In this document: piece after piece, positions 57,101 through 64,000 of the stretch | Layout: each line of letters opens with the position of its first letter | Numbering within the stretch: position 1 is the stretch's first letter | Source of the DNA: Klebsormidium nitens | Lineage: Eukaryota > Plantae > Klebsormidiophyceae | Assembly (NCBI GenBank): GCA_000708835.1 | Contig: DF237069.1 | Coordinates: forward strand, 1 to 64,000 | Length of the DNA stretch: 64,000 bases | Direction of reading: 5' to 3' | The notes under the pieces: generated by a model | Databases searched by the model: none | What the model was told of the DNA's origin: nothing | Seen by the model: only the letters and a program-made list of their open reading frames with translations | Program-made: the position numbers and the translations under genes

Positions 57101-60100
57101 GAATTAAGGAATGGTGATGAGCTTGCCCCTGAAACCGTTTGTTCTGCGAGACGGCTCCGCATCAGGTTCTTCGCGGACGTCAAGTTGACGTTGAAAGAGG
57201 GTTTTAAAAGAGCTACTAAACACTTCTGTTTGAAGCCTGCTCTGCTATCCGAGTACTTCCAAACGCTTTTGATAATTTCCACGACAAAGTTGTCGCCACC
57301 GCATCTGCTCTCTTGCACCCAGAGCTGAGGGCCTTCGCAAGCAACAAAATCTATATTCTTCCCTTTCTCGTGAAAAGTATGCACTTGTAACCCCACTCTG
57401 GTTCCTCTTGCAGCTTCTTCAACCTCCGCACAGGCGGTGACGTCACTGCCGACCAGCTTGTCGTCAACGTCACCGTCACCAGCGCCGCGACGAAGCAGAC
57501 TGTGGCAGTGCCCTTCCGAGGCCCGACCTTCGACTTCGCCAAGTCCCTGTATACGGTATCCTTCATGACCACAGTCGCGGGGAAATCGACTATCTCTATG
57601 TCCACTGCCGGGATCCCAATCCAGGCGTCCCCCTTCATCGGGAACATGAAGAGCGGTCCCGTCAGCGCTGCCGGCTCCCGGTTGACAGGCGCCGGGCTGG
57701 CGGGGAGCATCGCGACCCTGGCCAGCAGCTTCACCATTCAGGCAGCGTGAGTGAACGGCCAGACTGCCGCTAAGAACGCCTGTTTGACACTTTAGAGAGC
57801 ACTTGTATAGCTGATTCTCTTGGAGATTACTGCCAAAGCGTTCCTTCGTAGTCGAACCTTAAGGTGTCATGTAGGACTTCTTCGGTCAGTGTTTGATAGC
57901 CTTCGAGATTTTCACAAAGGAAGTGTGCTTCAAAGTGCGCTCGAAAGCAGCGACCTGAACTTTGAGATTTTCGTCCTGGTTATGCTTCAATATGCACTTG
58001 AAAGCAGCGACCTTAGCATATCCAGTGACTTTTTGCACGTCGATTCCTCTAGTTCGGCCTCTTGTACCTGTCGTTGCAGATTCACTTTCAGCTTCTCGAT
58101 TGACCCATTTGCACCGGCAGCTTTGGAGCAGGACACGACGCAATCCTTTGTGGATTTCTAGACCCTTGTTTGGTTGCCCCGCTTGTTTGAGTAGTCGCTT
58201 TCTTCCTGGTTATAATCTGCTTTTCCGAAATGCATTTTCTTTCTTTTGTCGGTCTGCTGGCAGATTGATCAAATTTCTCTGTCAATTCTGGTGCACAATC
58301 GCTGGTGCAATTCTCAAGGCAGGACGCAAAGCTGGTCGAATAAAACATAATGTGAGCCGCCTGCCTGATGCTTTGGCACAACCTGAAACTGTCGCTTCGC
58401 TCTGCTTTCTCCTCCAGCGACGTCTATGGCAACGCCGAGACAACCGGCGGCAGCAATTTCCTGGTCAGCCCCCTGGGCACTTCATGCACCCCGGCCACGT
58501 GCTCCGCTTACGTCACCGACAATGCTGATGGCACCTACACCGTCTCCTACAACTTTACGAGCAACGGCACTTACCATATGGCCGTCACGCTCGACGGCCA
58601 GCCAGTGGGTACTGCGAACAGCGTCAGCAGCCCCCTCACGCTGGAGATCCTCAGCCCGACCGCGAACCGGCCGATCGACGTCAGCAAGACCCTGGTTTCC
58701 GGCGTCGGGCTAGCCGGAACGACGGCCGGAACGGCTGCCGCCTTCAAGATCACGACCATGGACGCCAACTCGATCCCGCTCATCCAGGGGGGTGTCGATT
58801 TCCAGCTGATTCTGGCCCCCAGCGCCAACACGACCTCAAACATTGTGGACAACAAGGACGGAACGTACCTGGTCGTATATACCGGCAAGGTTGCGGGTGG
58901 TTACACCGCCAACCTTCTGATCAACGGAACCATTCCGGTCCCCGCCCTGAACGGAACAAAGCTAACGGTGACTGCGGGGGCCACCGCTCCCAGTACGACA
59001 ACGCTAGCGCCTCCCGGCTTCGCGGCCAACCTGACCGCTGGCCAATCGGCCCAGGCGCTTATAGTTCCGTCAGACGCTTATGGGAACCCGGTTGTGTACG
59101 GACCAGACTATCCCCCGAGCAAGGACGCCTTCTCCATCCGGTTGCTTGACGGGGCTGGAAACACTCTGCGAGACGTCCCGGTTGTCCCCTCGGCAGATCA
59201 GACCTTCCGCCCGTCGATGGAGCTCACGAAAAGCGGCGTCTATTCGCTCCAAGTTCTTCTCGCCCAGCAACCGATAGCCGGATGGAAGTCCCCGGTGACC
59301 GTTTCCCCGAGCCCTATCAGCGTCACCAAGAGCTTCGTCTTGGGCTCGAATCTGGGCGAAGGTTCGGCCGGGGCGCTAAAAAGAGTCGGCGTGTCGCTTC
59401 TCGACGACTTCGGCAACCAGATCAGCGCCGCCAATGGGGCGACGTGCGCGATAACGCTCGCCTCACTCGATGGGCCAAGTGTTACGGCGCCCTGCACGGA
59501 CGCTGGCGGACAGTTTCTGGCGGTAGCGCTTCTGAACACTTCCGGCAGCTACCAGATGACCGCTTCTGCTTCGTACGGCGGTCCAAACGTGACCCTCACT
59601 TCGGGGGTCCCAGATCCTGTCACCATCCAAGCTGGGCTGCCGGCCGCTGCGCAAACCACTGTGTCCGGTATGGGCGTAACCCTCGGGGGCCAAGCGGGAA
59701 GACCTTCCAGCTTTTTGATCGCGGTTAAGGACGATTGGGGTAACTCAGTCGCTAACCCATCCCCGGACGGTGTGGGAGTCACGGTTACAAACGTTGTAAG
59801 CGGCAAAGAAACCTCCGGCACCGTGACCCAAGCGGAAACGGGCCGTTGAAGGCCTCCTACTACGTGACGTCAGCCGGTACCTACCAGGTTGCCGTGCGGG
59901 TGAACTCGGTGCTGATCGCCTCCGGTCAGAACATCCTAGTGAACTTCACTGCTGCGGCGACCAGTGCGGACAACTCCTACGCCCGCCTCGGGGGATCCCT
60001 CTCAAGTCCCCAGTTAACAAAGGGGATGGTGTTCACCGTTACAGCGGGCCAACAGAACAAGCTGATTGTGAGCACAATCGACGTTTTCGGGAACCCTCAG

Positions 60101-63100
60101 GTGGACCAGAGGGGGGTGGCGTGGCGGAACGATAGTTTCATGGTGACGTTGGACCCACCAACGGCGGCAGACAACAGTGCCACAGGCGCAGTGTGCAGCG
60201 AAGCTATCAGCAACAACGATGGTGAGCTGTCATCAGTGTGCCTTTGTAAGCGGGAATCTTTTCTTTTCAGAGATTGGCACTTCGACGTCTTCAAACGTCT
60301 GGCGGTCGAAAGTAATTTTTAATAGAAACTTGAACGAGCTGCATTGGTTGCTTCATGACCAACTCCACTGATTGCAATCATGCAAAGGTCCTGGAATCTG
60401 GTCGCTTCCGCTCTTGTATAAGAACACTTCGCAAAATTGATTCAAAGCAGAGTTTCGGTCCAAGAAATTCAGCTCTTATGTGAGAATCTTTCCAAAAACG
60501 CACACGGAAGTTTCTATTGGAGAGGTCAAGGACAAGTTTCGTCATGAGATCGACATTCTGACTAACGGTGGCATCTTAGAACGCTTGCCGATCTGCATCT
60601 TCAAAGCTAGAGCAAACGAGATAGTTTCCTGCTTTTACCCTTCTTCTGGCACTGTACCAGTAAGCCCTTTCTTTTCCCTCTTCTTGACAATTGAAGTGGA
60701 CATCACGCGGGTGTAAAGCAAATCGAAAGTCGGTTTCTGCTTACCTTCAGAGAAATCAGTCCAATGTCCAATCATCCCTTCCCTCCCTTCCAGGAACCTA
60801 CACCATCACTTTCGGCGCCAAGAAGACCGTGGCCGCCGCCGGCAATTCTACCTCGGCGCCCATCACTTACTCTCTGGCGGTCACTCTGCTCACCAGCTCC
60901 GTCGGCCCCTCCGCAATCTCCGGCAGCCCCTTCCTCTTTACGCTTCTCCCCGGCCCGATCGACCCCGCCTCCTCCGTCATCACCCCGGCCGGCACCGGCG
61001 AGACGTCCTCCGGGCTGACGTCATCGTTCGTGCTGACGACAGCCGACGTATTCGGCAACCCGGGGCAGTACGTGCCGGGCACCTTTTACAGCATCGACGG
61101 GACGGCTGTGCCCTGGGTGTCGCCGGGCAACGTCACCGGGGCAGGGCCCCGGTTCGCTGTCGTCAACAAATACGATGGTACATATGCGCTTACGCTGACT
61201 ACCACCCAGGCAGGCCGGTACAACGTCACCGTGAGAATGAGCGGGGTGGCGATCGGGACCGGCCAGGGTTCAGGGGTTACTTTCACCGGGCTCGTTATCC
61301 CCCCAGGCCGACGCAAACGCGCCGCTTTCACTGCCAGTGGAGATTGTCTCGGCAGCGCTTCTTGCCGCGCAAGAGCCCCCTCCCGTCTCGTCATCCAGGC
61401 ACGTGACCAGTTCGACAATCCCATCGAGGAGGACCTGACCTCACTGGCCGCCAATCTGACGTCAGCGCTCCAGGTCCGAGCCGGCACTAGCGGCAGCTTC
61501 GTCACCTTTTCCGGGGGGGATGCGGCCTCTGTGTCGCCGGTTCAAGTTGGGGACCCGGGGCAGCTGATCCTTCCGTTCACCCCCTTTAAGGCCGGAATTG
61601 TCGCCGTCTCTCTTGGATTCCCGGATGGAGTGCAGCTCCAGGGGAGTCCGTACTCGGGGGCAGTCACAGCGGGGGATCCCTTAGCAGCCAACTGCGTCGC
61701 TTCCGGTTCCGGTCTGGTGGGCGCCCTCTCGTGCCCCTCCCTTTCGGAATGCCTAGACGCCACCGTTTATCTGACCCCCCGGGACGCAAACCGCAACGCC
61801 GTACTGGACGGGTCTCAGGACGCCACAGCAGCTGCCGCCCTGTGCGCGCGCTTCATCATCGCCTTTTCCACTCCCTCGGATGTGCTCGCGAGTGCATCCC
61901 CCAAGTTCGACACGTCTGCTCAAGGGCGCTGCGTCTTTTCGTACGTCGCGAAAAGCGCCGGTCAGCAGGTGGTAACCGTCACTTTCGACGGGCAGTCCAT
62001 TTCTGGAGGGGGGGTGTACAACGTGGCAATCCAACAGGGGATCGGACTGGCGAGTGCTGCCCAGAGCACGCTTTCCGGTGACGGCATCAATTCCGTCGTC
62101 GTGGCCGGACAAGCCTGCAACCTCACGCTGACGCTCGTCGACGCCAACGGAATCCTGCTGAGGAACGGAACCGCCACGAACGTGACCACCGTGGTGACGT
62201 CAGCGAACGGCACGGACGCAGCACCGGGCGTCCGCTTCGCTGACGCACGCAACGGCCAGTACTTCGCCAGCTTCAGGCCCCTCGTGAGCGGAACCTTTAC
62301 GGTTACCGTTTCCGTCAACGGCCAGCCGTTAGCGGCGTACCCCAACGGCTTTACGACAGCGGTGGCTTCCGGCGCAACGGATCCCCTAACGACGCGCGTT
62401 GAGATTTCCCCCGCGACGGCAAAGCGCGTGCCCGGTCCCGTAGTCATCCGCATCCTTCCCCGGGACGCGAATTCAAACCCCCTGGACTACCTCATTGCGG
62501 GCCTTGACGCCTTCTCCGTTGTCATAACCCACCCCGACAGCAGCACGGTCACCTTAACCGCCACCCTAACCCAACACAACGGGACCAACGCTTTTACGGC
62601 CAGCTTCGCGCCCCTGCAAGTGGGCGCTTACAAAGCCCAGGTGCTGATGTGCAGCCCCAGCCGGCCGGAACTAGGCGCGGCGACAATCGGAGGGGCTGGT
62701 TACGTCAGCGCTTTTGGCGTGACGTCAGGGTTGCCGGACGCGAGCAAGACGGAGCTGCACTGGCAAGCCCTGGCCGGCATGCAAGGCGTCACCCTGGCCC
62801 GTGCGGGGATTCCCGCGCAGCTGCGCGTGGAGCTCAAGGACACCGGTGAGCGATTCAGTCGTCTTTCTGGGCTGCGATCCATTGAGAAAGGATATGCTTT
62901 TCCTCTGGTAAGCGAGTGTGTGTGTGTGCGGGTGCATCTCAAAGACGAACTTCAATTGCACTGTTTCGAGTTTGTGATAGGTTCCCTACAATACTCTGTG
63001 AGCAGCAGAGTGGATCGTAAGAGGTCCATAAAGCCAGTTGGCGAAGTATCCCCTCAAAATCATCTAACCGTGTCTGAAGCACACTTTCAAACTGACTTCT

Positions 63101-63465
63101 GAGACTAAGCCGTTCTCAAACGTCAGAGGCAGCATCGAGGAGCAGCATACGCAGTGTTGTGACAATTGCAGCTTTCTTTTCTTATGTTGCAGACGCAAGC
63201 CTCAAAAGCTTCATTGCTTCTTTGAAATGTGCAGGGGGCAACCGCGTTTCCGTTAGCGATCTGAAGGCCAACCCTCCGACGGCTGCCGTCAGCGCGTCTC
63301 AGAACGCCACCTCCAATGCAACCGTGTCCTGGAACTACGCGCTTGATCCCCTCCTGGGCGACATCTACAACGGCACTTACGTGGCGGTCCAAAGCGGGGA
63401 CAGCGTCTTGGACTTCACCGTCACAAATAAGACCCAGCGCTTCCCCGGCCCTCTGGTGATAGCAG
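42149..63465 (+). CDS. Giant multi-Ig-fold protein, probably secreted or cell-surface (IPT/TIG-like, cadherin-like beta-sandwich, filamin-like repeats), at least ~4240 codons. 5' end unresolved, 3' end beyond the window, three -1 frame breaks. Exons: 42149-42193, 42635-42874, 43401-43856, 44713-44793, 45392-45718, 46538-49190, 49678-50967, 51535-51652, 51903-52215, 52918-54196, 54667-55822, 56677-57021, 57414-57746, 58418-60221, 60794-63465 split as 60794-62845 and 63235-63465
   Basis: All splice phases are compatible except one missing base in each of three large exons. TIG-like ISSYWPAVGSYAGGTQLSI and IQSVEPAAGPVAGYHHIYV. Cadherin-like LTPAFASNVYDYSLTV and LRPPFASNVYEYAVRVP. Filamin-like D-x-(Y/F)-GN and DN-x-DGTY-x-V-x-Y motifs. 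Many N-x-S/T sequons. Domain names come from motif recognition, not an HMM search. Confidence 0.8.
44528..44610 (+). ncRNA. Candidate intronic box C/D snoRNA-like element
   Basis: TGATGA (44528), CTGA (44565), CGATGA (44572), CTGA (44607) in C-D'-C'-D order over 83 nt. Flanks gtgcga/ttgcac can pair. No guide target identified. Confidence 0.22.
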
Positions 63466-64000
63466 GTAATGCTTTGGAAAATCCATTGCACACTGTGACT
63501 AAAATTTTTTTTGGGTTAATTCGTACGACATCTACACAAGTATCTCGGTATCTAGTACCCACTTTGTTTTTGACGCAGGCAGACCTAGGTTAAGCACGTT
63601 TGTCAGGTCTCGTCGACATGGCCAGTCGCAGAAGAGAGTCGCAACGCGTTCTCTCAAAACGGGATGCGGTGACAATCGAGGGAAAATGCTTTCAAGGGCT
63701 TTGCTCTCGCATCGAGACCAGAGCCCCTGCTGCGTAAGATCGGCCGATTAAAAGGCGGTAGACAAAGGGGTGAACCTCCACGAAACAAAAACCCCTGAAC
63801 AAGTCCTTAGACCGTTTCCGTTTCCTTTCTACGCTTTTGCACGCTTTGGCTTTTCCTGGTCATCACTTTGCCTTTTTCCTGATACACCTTGTCAATGAAT
63901 TCTTCTCCGAAGCTCAAGGAAGGACACGTTAAGAAAGGAATGTGATTCTGGCCTGTTACGATTGTCGTTGTCTTGATTGTGTGAAGCAGAAACTTGGAAC

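Noticed and set aside
59828-59842. cggaaac as a -1 ribosomal slippery site
   Set aside because: Not a canonical X XXY YYZ heptamer in the zero frame.

Overview
Intron-rich eukaryotic nuclear DNA with GC-rich exons and GT-AG introns, mostly 200-1500 nt. The gene set (CRR6, URT1, plant-type YAK1, CYP86-clan P450) points to a streptophyte, probably a charophyte alga such as Klebsormidium; that is inference only. I assembled six complete genes by hand, each closing in frame: NIPP1-like FHA protein (+), CRR6 (-), URT1 (+), CYP86-clan P450 (+), PDI (+) and YAK1 (+). A seventh gene runs from about 42.1 kb past the window end. It encodes at least ~4,240 codons of tandem Ig-like modules: about 4 IPT/TIG-like, then cadherin-like beta-sandwich units, then about 19 filamin-like units. 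It carries three separate -1 frame breaks, whereas the ~13 kb of coding sequence in the other six genes has none. Intergenic DNA near gene ends is unusually dense in 4-8 bp palindromes, most strongly at 3.78-4.2 kb. No rRNA, tRNA, CRISPR array or recognisable intact transposon was found. All counts are manual and no database search was run.
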